This document shows positions 51,301-60,713 of a stretch of DNA of 64,000 nucleotides, one piece after another (position 1 is the first letter of the stretch; each line of letters starts with the position of its first letter). The stretch is taken from the NCBI GenBank assembly GCA_963762565.1, contig CAVXLD010000014.1, positions 96,440-160,439 of the forward strand. The letters are read 5' to 3'. The notes beneath the pieces are model-generated. The model saw only the letters and a program-made list of their open reading frames with translations, ran no database searches and was not told where the DNA came from. Source of the DNA: an uncultured Verrucomicrobiae bacterium. GTDB lineage: Bacteria; Verrucomicrobiota; Verrucomicrobiia; Chthoniobacterales; JAFAMB01. A program made the translations under genes and the position numbers.

Positions 51301-51674
51301 ATTCCCCGCGGCAGAATCTTTTGAATGGTCTGGCATTCAGCGGTGACTTCGGATATCGCCGCATCAATGCTGGCGCCTTGATGCAAGTAAACCTTGATGA
51401 CAGCAATACCATTGAACGAATTCGACTCAATGTGTTCGATGTTATTGACCGAAGTCGTCAAAGCGCGTTCGGAAACCGTCGTGATTCGCCGCTCCATTTC
51501 CTGGGCCGGCATGCCGTTGTAAGTCCAAATGACGCCAACCACGGGAATGTTGATCGCCGGGAAAATATCCTTGGCCATCTGTACCCCGCTGAGGATGCCG
51601 CCAATCAATAGTAACAGCCCGACGACCGTAAAGGTGTAGGGAGCGCGCAGTGCGACTTTAACGATCCACATCAT
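48333..51674 (-). CDS. RND efflux permease subunit
   Basis: MWIVKVALR, DIFPAINIP, VGILVDDATV, RLRPVMMTA; start reassigned to 51674. Confidence 0.96.
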   Translation of the reverse strand: MMWIVKVALRAPYTFTVVGLLLLIGGILSGVQMAKDIFPAINIPVVGVIWTYNGMPAQEMERRITTVSERALTTSVNNIEHIESNSFNGIAVIKVYLHQGASIDAAISEVTAECQTIQKILPRGITAPNILSYNAANVPVLELSIGGEKFSEQQLYDYATNFIRTQLATVQGASIPLPYGGKTRAVAVDLNPRALQAYGISPDEVSAAINQQSVIIPSGTAKIGKREYDVLFNGNTDTIQAINNLPLKQVNGTTVYIRDVANVHDGYTPQVNMVVSNGIKAALLPVLKNGDASTLDVVSRVLKTLPKIAATLPKDLQITPLFDQSVFVSSALFEVLREGAIAGGLTAVMILLFLGSWRSTLVVATSIPLSICTSIIVLHVLGQTINIMTLGGLALAVGILVDDATVEVENIHRNLGMGKSMIDAILDGAQEIATPALVATLCICIVFVPIFFLSGNAYFLFSPLAMAVVFAMMASYLLSRTVVPTMVNFLEGGKKEFRSSGLAGVQEQEAGASASASRARHAPGLFTRIHEGFNRQFDKLRNFYVARLTWCLQHARLVLGGAIALVVLSLVLLTPVLGEDFFPSVDTGQFRLHVSAPVGTRIEDTQHVFTQVEQVIRSVIPKDEIDMVLDNIGLPMNLNLALSDTATISVSDGEILVSLNKKHHGPTAAYVKKIRQILNKKFPDYSFFTQPADIVSQTLNAGLPAPIDVQVVGHNPENYQIAEDLRRQMAAIPGAVDVNVHQITDYPALQINVDRTRAEQLGLTEKQIADNLLVSLSGSGQTAPNFWLNPENGVSYLISVQTPQYKINDVPDILHTPIALSAPGLPNPKAGNGGYQTPLAGLTGTDIPQPQLLSNLATIQHAAVPIVVSHYNVQPVFDVYANVQDQDLGSVASQVQKIVNAERQHLPRGTTLVIRGQVQSMYSSYLGLGVGLGFAILLVYFLMVVNFQSWTDPFIIITALPGALTGIVWILFLTRTPISVPALMGAIMCIGVATSNSILMVTFANDELRSGKNGFDAALSAGFTRLRPVMMTALAMILGMLPMSLGLGSGGEQNAPLGRAVIGGLLFATFFTLFFVPVVYRMMRREYHARVLHPRLRVGLSEEALEAAGASEK

Positions 51675-52893
51675 AGGGTTTGCTGTTCTGAGTTTGAAAC
51701 AACTTGTGTGCCACTTCTGGGCAAGGCAATGCTTGCCCCTGTCTACTAGGAGCTTGTAAATGGATTCGATTGGAATCAGTGTCCGTACGAAATTTCGAAC
51801 CTTCGGACTTTCGCTCCAACAAGTCTGCTTGGCCTGAGATTTGGCGTCCAGTTTCGGTAGCAAAACGATTGGCCAGGAGGCCGCAGACAAACAATTGGAA
51901 TGGGTGATAAAACATGATGGGTAACAGGATCAGTCCCAGATTGGCGTGAGCGCCAAAGATCAGCTGCGCTAGCGGTACCCCCATTGCTAGCGTCTTCTTC
52001 ACTGAACAGAATAGCGCCGCGATAAAGTCTTCTCGAGACAAATGGATGACTGACGAGGTAGCGACTACCAGCAATGAAACCGTCGCGAACAGGATGGCGA
52101 CCGTACCTAAGACCGCGAGGGTGAGACCGATCCCGTACCGCTCCCATACTCTGCCCTCAACCGAATCGCAGAATGCGGTGTAAACTATGAAAAGAATGAC
52201 GGCGTTGCTCAAAAGATTGAGAAAACGGCGGTTTTGATCAGCCCATTGGCGAAGAATCATCCGGCAAGCCATTCCCAACAGGAATGGCACGAGAGTAAGT
52301 AAGGTGATCTTCAGCAGGAGCGGCCCAAACGAAGCAGCTTGGTCGCTCGCCTGCATCAAGAGCCGAACTAGCAGGGGCGTGAACATCACACCCAGGATGT
52401 TAGAAAGTCCGGCGTTAAAGATAGCTCCGGGGGTGTTACCTCGAGCCACGGTTGTGAGAACGACCGAGGTGGAAACGGTGGAGGGTAGTACACAAAGATA
52501 GAGAAAACCGTCTTTTAACGCGCTGGGTTCGCTGGGCCAGATAGCCCCGCTCAGCGCATGGAACGCCAACCCAATCACTGGAAAAATCAGGAAAGTAAAG
52601 CCCTGCACGATCACGTGTAGTCGCCAGTTTCCGGCTCCTGCGCGCATTCGCTCCACGGCCATGGCCAGTCCCTGAACAAAGAGAATCAGCGCTACCCCAA
52701 TGTTATTCAGGAGATCCGGATGCAACCAACCGCTCTTGGCGCCGGCCGAAGGAAAGAGGAATGCGAGTCCTACCGCGCACAAGAGCGCAAGAATGAACCC
52801 GTTGCGTTTGGTTGTCGCCCAAACCCAGCCGCCAATGTTTTGGCCGGCTCTGTTGCTAGCCATGCTTCTCTGTTCCAGCGTCTCCAGTTTCAT
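51658..52893 (-). CDS. Bile acid:sodium symporter family protein (SBF-like)
   Basis: LPSTVSTSV, ARGN, SNILG--TP, KKTLAMGVP, LPIMFYHPFQL; long polar tail overlaps the next gene. Confidence 0.9.
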   Translation of the reverse strand: MKLETLEQRSMASNRAGQNIGGWVWATTKRNGFILALLCAVGLAFLFPSAGAKSGWLHPDLLNNIGVALILFVQGLAMAVERMRAGAGNWRLHVIVQGFTFLIFPVIGLAFHALSGAIWPSEPSALKDGFLYLCVLPSTVSTSVVLTTVARGNTPGAIFNAGLSNILGVMFTPLLVRLLMQASDQAASFGPLLLKITLLTLVPFLLGMACRMILRQWADQNRRFLNLLSNAVILFIVYTAFCDSVEGRVWERYGIGLTLAVLGTVAILFATVSLLVVATSSVIHLSREDFIAALFCSVKKTLAMGVPLAQLIFGAHANLGLILLPIMFYHPFQLFVCGLLANRFATETGRQISGQADLLERKSEGSKFRTDTDSNRIHLQAPSRQGQALPCPEVAHKLFQTQNSKPYDVDR

Positions 52894-53014
52894 TGTCTAG
52901 CAGCGACTGTGCGTTCCGTTCGCTGGCGCCGCGACCGTAAAGCGTTTCACTTTTTATCGAATCCGTGACACTTCTCGGATCCGGTAGACTGGCCCGATCG
53001 CGAAGGAGAAAAAA

Positions 53015-53436
53015 ATATCCGCAGATTAACGCAGATTACGTTTTTAAGGCCGATAGCTGCGTGGGAGATAAACAGATCGTTCCTAAGAGCGCGGCTTTTC
53101 TACTCCCCGGGCGAACCTTATCCCACTACGAAATCTGCGTTAATCTGCGTAATCTGCGGATATATCAAATCTGCGGTTCGGGTTTTAATCAGGGAGTTAA
53201 AGAAAACCTGGCCCTTAGGAACGATGTGCCTATCTCCCACGGATCAATCGGCCTTGAAACGAAATCTGCGTTAATCTGCGTAATCTGCGGATATACCAAA
53301 TCTGTGGTTCGGGTTTTAATCAGGGAGTCAAAGAAAACCGGGCCCTTAGGAACGATGTGCCTATCTCCCACGGATCAATCGGCCTTGAAACGAAATCTGC
53401 GTAATCTGCGGATATATCAAATCTGTGGTTCGGGTT
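53015..53436. repeat. CGCAGATTA module with 131-bp tandem repeats
   Basis: Units start at 53129, 53260 and 53391 (third partial); 53015-53110 is a diverged inverted copy. Confidence 0.92.
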
Positions 53437-53554
53437 AAGTCTCGCCATTTTGGAACGCCTCTGGAGCTCACCCAAAATGCTGAAGACGATGCCACCCTGT
53501 TTGATGACATCGTCCTGACGATTGACTCGCAATTCCTCTCCGGAGGATCTCTGA

Positions 53555-54559
53555 CTACAGTTTAGTCTGATTGACGACCTTGCGAATGCTCCGGAGTTCT
53601 TCTTCGGTTAGCCGGATCTCACCGGCTTTAGCGTTAGCGATCGCCTGGTCCGGATTACGAGCGCCGACCAATGCGTGGGAACACCCGGGTTGGGCCACAG
53701 TCCAAGCGATGACCGTCTGCGCGATGGTAATGCTGTTGGCTTCTGCTACTGAGCGAATCACATCCAATAGGGCATCAACCTTGGATCGGTTTTCTGCTTG
53801 GTACCAAGGGTTGCCGCGGCGCACATCGCCTTCCCCGAATACATGCTTCGGACCGATCTTGCCGCTGAGGATACCAAGAGCCATGGGAGAATAGGCTAGA
53901 AAAGCCAATTCATGATCGCGACAAAAAATGAGATTGTCAGCTTCATGCTGGCGTTGCAGCATCGAATACTGTTCCTGATCGGTATCAAGCTCGCCGACAG
54001 ACAAATAACGCTCCATTTGTTCGACGGTGGCGTTGGAGCAGCCGATCGCTCGGATTTTTCCTTCTTGCTTCAACGAAAGCAACTCGGCCATCGTGTCTTC
54101 GGTTTTAGTGGTCGAATCCTGCCAGTGCGTTTGATAGAGGTCGATCCGATCGGTCTTTAACCGGCGAAGACTCTCTTCAATTTCATACCGGATCATCGCC
54201 GGCCGAAGGTTGATATAAACCTCGTACTTTTTGTCGGCCTCGCTTTCGGCTTCACCGGTCTCACTCGCGTCGAAGAATTTATCGCCTTCTTGCTTGTACC
54301 AGACCATACCGCACTTGGTCGCCAATACGACTTTATCGCGGATGCCTTTTAACGCTGCGCCGACTAATTCTTCAGAATGGCCGTACCCGTACATGGGCGC
54401 GGTATCAATCAGATTGATTCCGTGATCGATAGCAGCATGAATCGCTCCTTCCGGATCGTTCTTCTTAGTGCCGCCCCACATCCATCCACCGATCGCCCAG
54501 GCGCCGAAGCCGACGACAGAGGCTTGAATTCCAGATTTACCTAATGGTCGATATTTCAT
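53555..54559 (-). CDS. Aldo/keto reductase
   Basis: GFGAWAIGG, DTAPMYG, LATKCG, IDLYQTHW, AYSPMALG. Confidence 0.95.
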   Translation of the reverse strand: MKYRPLGKSGIQASVVGFGAWAIGGWMWGGTKKNDPEGAIHAAIDHGINLIDTAPMYGYGHSEELVGAALKGIRDKVVLATKCGMVWYKQEGDKFFDASETGEAESEADKKYEVYINLRPAMIRYEIEESLRRLKTDRIDLYQTHWQDSTTKTEDTMAELLSLKQEGKIRAIGCSNATVEQMERYLSVGELDTDQEQYSMLQRQHEADNLIFCRDHELAFLAYSPMALGILSGKIGPKHVFGEGDVRRGNPWYQAENRSKVDALLDVIRSVAEANSITIAQTVIAWTVAQPGCSHALVGARNPDQAIANAKAGEIRLTEEELRSIRKVVNQTKL

Positions 54560-54823
54560 GTCTTTTTTGTCTTTATTTTAAATTTCTGTTCCCTCGCAGG
54601 ATGCGGATAATGCTAACTTCATACTCACGTCGCCACCGGGTGGAACCCACGATCAGGAAATATCCATTCTTGGTTAGAATTGAAATCCTTCCAGAAACCC
54701 CGCCACCCGGTGACTAACCTGCTCATCATGGCCTCCTGATTTATCTATATCCACGCTAACATCCTGGCGTTAGCATCGCTATGATCGGACCGAGCGTCTT
54801 TTTGCTACCCTAACGGGTGATAA

Positions 54824-55056
54824 CGTTCGGCGTTCGGCGCTTGGCGTTTGGCGTTTGGCGTTTGGCGTGAGCACCTCTGGGCCTAGCCGCGCGATAGCAC
54901 AGAATGCCGCGAGTTCGCGCCGCGACCCAATGGGACTTATATGACCAATGGGACCTATGGGTCATCCTATTAGTCCCATCAGTCCTATAGGCCCCATCCG
55001 CTCGCAGCGCCGAACGCCGAACGCCGAACGCCAAACGCCAAACGCCAAACGCGAAC
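54824..55056. repeat. Palindromic module with GGCGTTT/GGCGTTC arms and inner nonamer palindrome
   Basis: Arms 54824-54868 and 55008-55056; inner ATGGGACTT/ATGGGACCT versus AGTCCCAT/AGTCCTAT. Confidence 0.92.
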
Positions 55057-55059
55057 CCT

Positions 55060-55746
55060 TCAGTTAACCGGCTTGATCAGCCCACGTTTCAACGCGATGG
55101 CAATCGCTTCTGTCCTTCCCATGGCGTCTAACTTCGCCAGGATTGACTTAACATGGGCTTTGACGGTGTTCTCACTGATATAGAGAACCTGCCCTATCTC
55201 TTTATTACTCCGGCCGTTCGCCATGTATTGAAGAACCTGGAGCTCTCGCTCCGAAAGTTCGGGATGCGACATCGATTCGGCTAACTTTGAAGCAATCGAA
55301 GCCGGCAGCAGAGAGTCGCCTTTCGCTACTTTGCGGACCGCGTCTCGAATCTCTTGAGGAGCGGTCCCTTTTGCTAAATATCCTTTTGCTCCTGCCTTTA
55401 GTGTGCGCCGGATATCTTCTTCGCTTTCGTACGTTGTCATCACGATGATACGCGGCTTCGGAGGATTCCGCGCCATCAACTCCGTGATCACGCCAAGCCC
55501 ATCTTTATTCGGCATCCGCAGGTCGAGCAGAACAACATCCGGAGAAAACTCGTCATAAAGCTTGCATGCTTCTTCGCCGTCTCCGGCCTCCGCCACGATT
55601 TTCATATCCTTCTGGGATTTAAGGATCGCAGCCAATCCCTCACGAACCACCGGATGGTCATCCACGATCATCAGTGTAATAACCTCAGACGAGGAGCTAG
55701 GAGACGTTTTCACCGCTGTTACCTGTTCTGAATCGACACCACTCAT
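55060..55746 (-). CDS. NarL/LuxR family response regulator
   Basis: VDDHPVVREG, LLDLRMP, LSERELQVL...NKEIG...ISENTVKAHV. Confidence 0.96.
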   Translation of the reverse strand: MSGVDSEQVTAVKTSPSSSSEVITLMIVDDHPVVREGLAAILKSQKDMKIVAEAGDGEEACKLYDEFSPDVVLLDLRMPNKDGLGVITELMARNPPKPRIIVMTTYESEEDIRRTLKAGAKGYLAKGTAPQEIRDAVRKVAKGDSLLPASIASKLAESMSHPELSERELQVLQYMANGRSNKEIGQVLYISENTVKAHVKSILAKLDAMGRTEAIAIALKRGLIKPVN

Positions 55747-55829
55747 AACCTAATCCGATGTAACGAGGGCGAAAGATCATTTTTCGCCGCCTTCCACCAA
55801 TCACCATCATCACCTCTCACTTCACGATT

Positions 55830-58800
55830 TCACGCCCCTGCGCCGAAGGCGGGTTCCGGCGAAGATTCACTCGTCTCAACGTGTTTGATCTTGCTGACTA
55901 GCATGAACACGGCGGGCACAAAGAACAATGTCGCTGTCGTGGCGAAGATCAGTCCTCCGATGACAGCTCGCCCCAAGGGCGCATTTTGTTCGCCGCCCTC
56001 TCCGAGGCCTAAGGCCATCGGTACCATACCAATGATCATGGCTAACGCCGTCATGAGCACCGGCCGGATCCGGACATATCCAGCTTCGAGCGCCGCCCGA
56101 TAGGGATCTTTGTATCGTTGGAGTAGTTCATTGGCAAAGGTGACGACCAGGACACTATTGGCCGTAGCAACTCCCATACACATGATCGCACCCATCAGTG
56201 CCGGAATACTCAACGTTGTCCCGGTTACGAAAAGCATCCAGATGATCCCAGCGAGTGCACAAGGCAGCGCCGTAATGATGATAAACGGCTGTGTCCAGGA
56301 TTGGAAATTGACGACCATCAATAAGTAGACCAGCACCATCGAAAATGCCAACCCGAGGTACAACCCGGTATAAGAAGCACGCATGGTCGTTATTTGCCCG
56401 TGTACACTAATGAAACTGCCGCTAGGCAGACTTTTCTGCGAAGCATCGACCAGTTTCTGTATGTGATCCGCTACGTATCCTAGATCTTTCCCGTCAGCGG
56501 ACCCATAGATGTTAATTACCGGTAGAATATTGTAGTGATCTTCCACCGGGGACGTTGTAGCGCGCGAGATAGAAGCCACGTTTGCTAGAATCTGGCCTTG
56601 CCCGGCGGCGGCGCCAACAATCGGAAGATTTCGTAAGTCGTCCAGCGAATGCAGATCATATTGTGGCACTTGAGCGTTAATCTGATAGCTCACTCGGTTG
56701 TGGGGATCGACCCAGAAGTTCGGCGAAGTCTGTTCGGATCCAGAAAGCGCGCCGAGCACGCTCTCGGTTACGGCTTGCGCGTTAATGCCGAGGACCGATG
56801 CCATGTTGCGGTCGATATTGATATTTAATTGCGGCTCATCGTTCGGCTCCTGGATCCGGAAGTCCACTGCACCTGCAACGTGACGGACCTGGTCTAGCAG
56901 TTTGCTGGCAAAAGCGAAATTGGCTGTCAGGTTTGCTCCCGTCACCTGAATATCGATCGGCGCGGGTAACCCAAAGTTGAGTGTTTGTGACACGATATCG
57001 GCCGGCGGGAACCAGACGGTTACATCCGGGAAATCGTGTGGCATACGAGATCGGATTGCCTGGATGAATCGATCCGTCGGGCTGTGATTTTCCTTGAGTG
57101 ATACCAGGATATCAGCGTCGGCCGGGCTCATTGTTCCGGTGTTGTTGTACGAAGTATTGATACCGCTATAAGGGATACCCATGTTATCCACTATCATGTC
57201 CACCTGGTTGGCTGGAATTATTTGACGAATCATCTGTTCGATCTGGTCGACCGTGTTAGCCGTTTCCTCGATGCGGGTGCCGGCGCGGGTCCGAACATGC
57301 ATATCGAATTGTCCGGTATCGACCGTCGGAAAGAAATTTTGTCCGAGAAACGGGAACAGAACGGTCGAGGCCGCTGCGAATCCCAGTACAATTATCACCA
57401 GCTTACCAGCGTTCCGCAGACCAAGACTTAGCAGGTCCCGGTAACCTTCTCTAAACTTTTCAAACCGCCGGTTGAACCCAGCATGGAAACCGGAGAACCA
57501 GCCGAATAGTACGAATCTCTTTTTAGCTGCGCCATGAGGGGTTCCGCCATGACCTTTCATCCAATACATTGCCAAGGTAGGAACTAAGGTCCGGGAAAGG
57601 ATGTAAGAAGCGATCATCGCAAAAATAACCGCTTCCGCCAACGGTGCGAACAGGTATTTGGCGACTCCCGAAAGGAAAAAAATCGGGACGAAGACGATAC
57701 AGATACACATCGTGGAAACCAAGGCTGGTACGGCAATCTGCGCTGCTCCATCGCGAATCGCCTCCAAAGCCGGTTTCCCTTCGGCCAAGTGCCTATCGAT
57801 GTTTTCTATTGTCACCGTGGCGTCATCAACCAGGATACCCACGGCGAGCGCCAGGCCGCCCAAGGTCATGATGTTAATCGTCTGTCCCAAAGCGGTTAGA
57901 ACAGCGATCGAGGAGAGAATGGCTAGAGGAATCGAGATCGCAATAATTAAGGTGCTTTTCCAATCTCCAAGAAAGATCAGAATCATTATCGCAGTGAGAC
58001 ACGCCGCGATTACGGTCTCGCGGACTACTCCTTCGATCGCCGCGGTAACGAAGATCGATTGATCAAAAAGAGTCGTGATTTTTAACTGCGACGGCAGTAT
58101 TCGCTTCAAAATTGGGAGCTTGTCCTTGATTCCCTGAACGATATCGAGAGTCGAGGCGTCCCCCGTTTTTTGAATGGTCAGCAGCGTAGCTCGCTTGCCG
58201 TTAAAACGCACGATGTTGGTTTGTGGAATGCTTCCGTTGTAAACGTGAGCGACATCCCGAATATAAACGGTAGTGCCGTTTGCCAGGGTCTTGATGGGGA
58301 TAGCGTTTAGTTGTTCGAACGTGGGAGGACTAGCATTCACGCCGACCTGGTACTCGAATCGGCCGATCTTTTCGGTGCCCGACGGCAAGATGAGGTTTTG
58401 TGCGTTAATCGAGTTTATCACGTCGTTAGGCGTCAAGCCGTAACCTTGGAGCGACTTATAATTGAGATCGATCTGGACAGTCCTTTGCTTGCCCCCGTAC
58501 GGGTAGGGGACGCCCACGCCGGGGACCGTGATCAGCTGGGGCCGGACAAAATTCAATCCTAGGTCATTGAGCTGTTGTTCAGATAGACCGCTTAAGCCCA
58601 CCATGACAACTGGAACGTTAGTTGCGCTATAGCTGAGTACCAAAGGCGGTGTCGTTGCTGTCGGCAGTTGCTTGAGAACCGCCTGTGAGACAGAAGTTAC
58701 CTGGGCGATTCCTCGAGACACACTGGCATTCGGTTGCAAAAAGATTTTAACGACCGCGATGCCGTACAATGATTCCGATTCGATATGCTCGATGTTATCA

Positions 58801-59024
58801 ACGGTTGTGGTGAGGACCCGTTCGTAGGGCGTGGTGAGATGGTCAGCTATCTCGCTCGGAGCCATCCCGGTATAGTTCCAGATCACCGAGATAACCGGAA
58901 TGTTGATCGAAGGGAAAATGTCCTTAGGCGCGCTTAGGATCGAAAGGACCCCAGCGATTAAAATAAAAATGGCCAGAACAATAAATGTGTAAGGCCGCCG
59001 TAGCGCTAAATTAACGATCCACAT
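55830..59024 (-). CDS. RND efflux permease subunit
   Basis: MWIVNLALRRPYTF, VGILVDDATV, RIRPVLMTA; paralogue of 48333-51674; start reassigned to 59024. Confidence 0.96.
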   Translation of the reverse strand: MWIVNLALRRPYTFIVLAIFILIAGVLSILSAPKDIFPSINIPVISVIWNYTGMAPSEIADHLTTPYERVLTTTVDNIEHIESESLYGIAVVKIFLQPNASVSRGIAQVTSVSQAVLKQLPTATTPPLVLSYSATNVPVVMVGLSGLSEQQLNDLGLNFVRPQLITVPGVGVPYPYGGKQRTVQIDLNYKSLQGYGLTPNDVINSINAQNLILPSGTEKIGRFEYQVGVNASPPTFEQLNAIPIKTLANGTTVYIRDVAHVYNGSIPQTNIVRFNGKRATLLTIQKTGDASTLDIVQGIKDKLPILKRILPSQLKITTLFDQSIFVTAAIEGVVRETVIAACLTAIMILIFLGDWKSTLIIAISIPLAILSSIAVLTALGQTINIMTLGGLALAVGILVDDATVTIENIDRHLAEGKPALEAIRDGAAQIAVPALVSTMCICIVFVPIFFLSGVAKYLFAPLAEAVIFAMIASYILSRTLVPTLAMYWMKGHGGTPHGAAKKRFVLFGWFSGFHAGFNRRFEKFREGYRDLLSLGLRNAGKLVIIVLGFAAASTVLFPFLGQNFFPTVDTGQFDMHVRTRAGTRIEETANTVDQIEQMIRQIIPANQVDMIVDNMGIPYSGINTSYNNTGTMSPADADILVSLKENHSPTDRFIQAIRSRMPHDFPDVTVWFPPADIVSQTLNFGLPAPIDIQVTGANLTANFAFASKLLDQVRHVAGAVDFRIQEPNDEPQLNINIDRNMASVLGINAQAVTESVLGALSGSEQTSPNFWVDPHNRVSYQINAQVPQYDLHSLDDLRNLPIVGAAAGQGQILANVASISRATTSPVEDHYNILPVINIYGSADGKDLGYVADHIQKLVDASQKSLPSGSFISVHGQITTMRASYTGLYLGLAFSMVLVYLLMVVNFQSWTQPFIIITALPCALAGIIWMLFVTGTTLSIPALMGAIMCMGVATANSVLVVTFANELLQRYKDPYRAALEAGYVRIRPVLMTALAMIIGMVPMALGLGEGGEQNAPLGRAVIGGLIFATTATLFFVPAVFMLVSKIKHVETSESSPEPAFGAGA

Positions 59025-59038
59025 GGCAGGAGAAGAAA

Positions 59039-59335
59039 GATAACAGATGACAAATGACAGATGACAAATTGGTCGGGCGTAGAACATTCCTGCGTTGGTG
59101 GGGCGAGGCTCCTCTAAGGCCGAACCTGTTTTGCGAAGCCCGACGTTCTCCACAAATACGGGCGGTGCGACACCATAGCGCCGCCGACTTGTCCGACGTA
59201 GCTCTATCAAGCTCGGAACGGTAGGCCTGTGATTCGGTAGCGAAGTCGGAGCCGTTCACCCTGGCGTCGCGTGTCCCTTATAAGAAGCAATCGTGTTAAC
59301 CATTCTCGAACCCCCAAAATTTGTCATTTGTCATT
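59039..59335. repeat. Palindromic module with ATGACAA/ATGACAG arms
   Basis: Arms 59039-59070 and 59318-59335; REP-like GGTGGGGCGAGGCTCC inside at 59097-59112. Confidence 0.88.
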
Positions 59336-60530
59336 CAGTGGCCGCTACCAATTCGCGTGATCTTGCCACCAGAACTTGCGTTCCGGTAACCAACCCGGGC
59401 GGAGGATTAAAGATAAGCTGATCGGACGTGGACAGACCGTTAGCAATCTGCAGTCTGGTTCCTAAATCGCGGATGATACGAACTTTACGAATCTCCACTT
59501 TACTATCCGGACCAACTACGGCGACGGCCGGCTGTCCGGATTGGAAAATCAAGGTCGTTGATGGAATCATGACCCCGTGCCCATCCACGGGAATATCGAG
59601 AGTCGTCTGAACATATGCGCCGCCAAGCGGAGCGCCGGTCGGGTTAGCTGCTTCGAGTTCAGTTAAGAGCCGCTTGGAAGTCGGATTGATCGCACCCGCC
59701 GTGCTGACTACATGAGCAGGAAGTGTCTGACCAGGGAATTCGTTTACCGTTAACTCAGCTTGCTCACCCGCTTTTACCAGAGACGAAAAAGCCTGAGGGA
59801 CCGTGACGTAGATTCGTAGAGTGGAGGTCGCTGCCATCCGGAAAAGCGGTGTGCTCGAGCCGGCGGCGACATAGTCTCCAACATCGGTATTTCGCGCCGT
59901 GACAATTCCATCGAACGGGGCGCGTACCGTTTTAAATTGTTCGAGCGCTTGTAATTGGCCCACAGCCGCTTGATCCGCGATAACAGTGGAGCGAGCCCCG
60001 GCGTAGTTATCGGCGGCCGTATCGAGATCTTGGGCTGCGATTACTTTGGTCTTAAAGAGGTCCTGATCGCGATTGTAGGTTACTAGGGCTAGATCGCTGG
60101 CCGCCTGGGCCACCTTGAGTTGAGCCTGGGCCTGCGCCAGCTGCTGATCGACCTCCGGAGTATCAATATCGGCGAGAACGTCCCCTTTCTTCACTCGAGC
60201 CCCAATATCGAAGTACCATTTCTTCAAGTACCCACTGGTCTGTGCGACGATCGGCGAATCGGTAAATGGCATCGCGTCACCGGGTAGCTGAAGGTAGATA
60301 GTCCCAGTCGCTGTTTGTGGGTGCACGACGTCTACTTGTATGCGAGCAGCCTGATTGGTGCGCCGCTGAACTTCCGCAGTCCATTGATTGCGCGCTATGA
60401 TGCCGGATACGGCGACGCCGATGAAGAGCGCACCCACAGCAACCAAGCAGAAGATTAAGGTTTTGGCTGTCTTCTTCTTCGGTGTCAGCGGCGGTTCAGG
60501 CGCCACCGGCGTTGTAAGGGTCTCATTCAT
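59331..60530 (-). CDS. RND efflux periplasmic adaptor subunit
   Basis: AQTSGYLKKWYFDIG, TPEVDQQL, RAPFDGIVT. Confidence 0.95.
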   Translation of the reverse strand: MNETLTTPVAPEPPLTPKKKTAKTLIFCLVAVGALFIGVAVSGIIARNQWTAEVQRRTNQAARIQVDVVHPQTATGTIYLQLPGDAMPFTDSPIVAQTSGYLKKWYFDIGARVKKGDVLADIDTPEVDQQLAQAQAQLKVAQAASDLALVTYNRDQDLFKTKVIAAQDLDTAADNYAGARSTVIADQAAVGQLQALEQFKTVRAPFDGIVTARNTDVGDYVAAGSSTPLFRMAATSTLRIYVTVPQAFSSLVKAGEQAELTVNEFPGQTLPAHVVSTAGAINPTSKRLLTELEAANPTGAPLGGAYVQTTLDIPVDGHGVMIPSTTLIFQSGQPAVAVVGPDSKVEIRKVRIIRDLGTRLQIANGLSTSDQLIFNPPPGLVTGTQVLVARSRELVAATE

Positions 60531-60540
60531 AGTCCGTGTG

Positions 60541-60682
60541 TCTCGTCCTTCCGACTTCGCCCATGCCTCGTTGTGGAGCGCGCCTCGCTTCCTCCGTCGC
60601 TAAAGCTATGAAGGACAAGTGCGAGGCCGACCTCGAGCGGTTGGCAAACGTAGAACTTGGGCTTCGTCGGACAAGCTGTTCG
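60541..60682. repeat. About 110-bp dispersed repeat, copy 2, with about 30-bp hairpin insertion
   Basis: Matches 11015-11128, with extra CCTCCGTCGCTAAAGCTATGAAGG at about 60591-60619. Confidence 0.85.
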
Positions 60683-60713
60683 GAGGAACGTCGTGATCCG
60701 TTTTTCAACATCT

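Noticed and set aside
53015..53436. CRISPR array
   Set aside because: Inter-repeat segments are near-identical rather than unique spacers, the period is 131 bp, and no cas genes are present.
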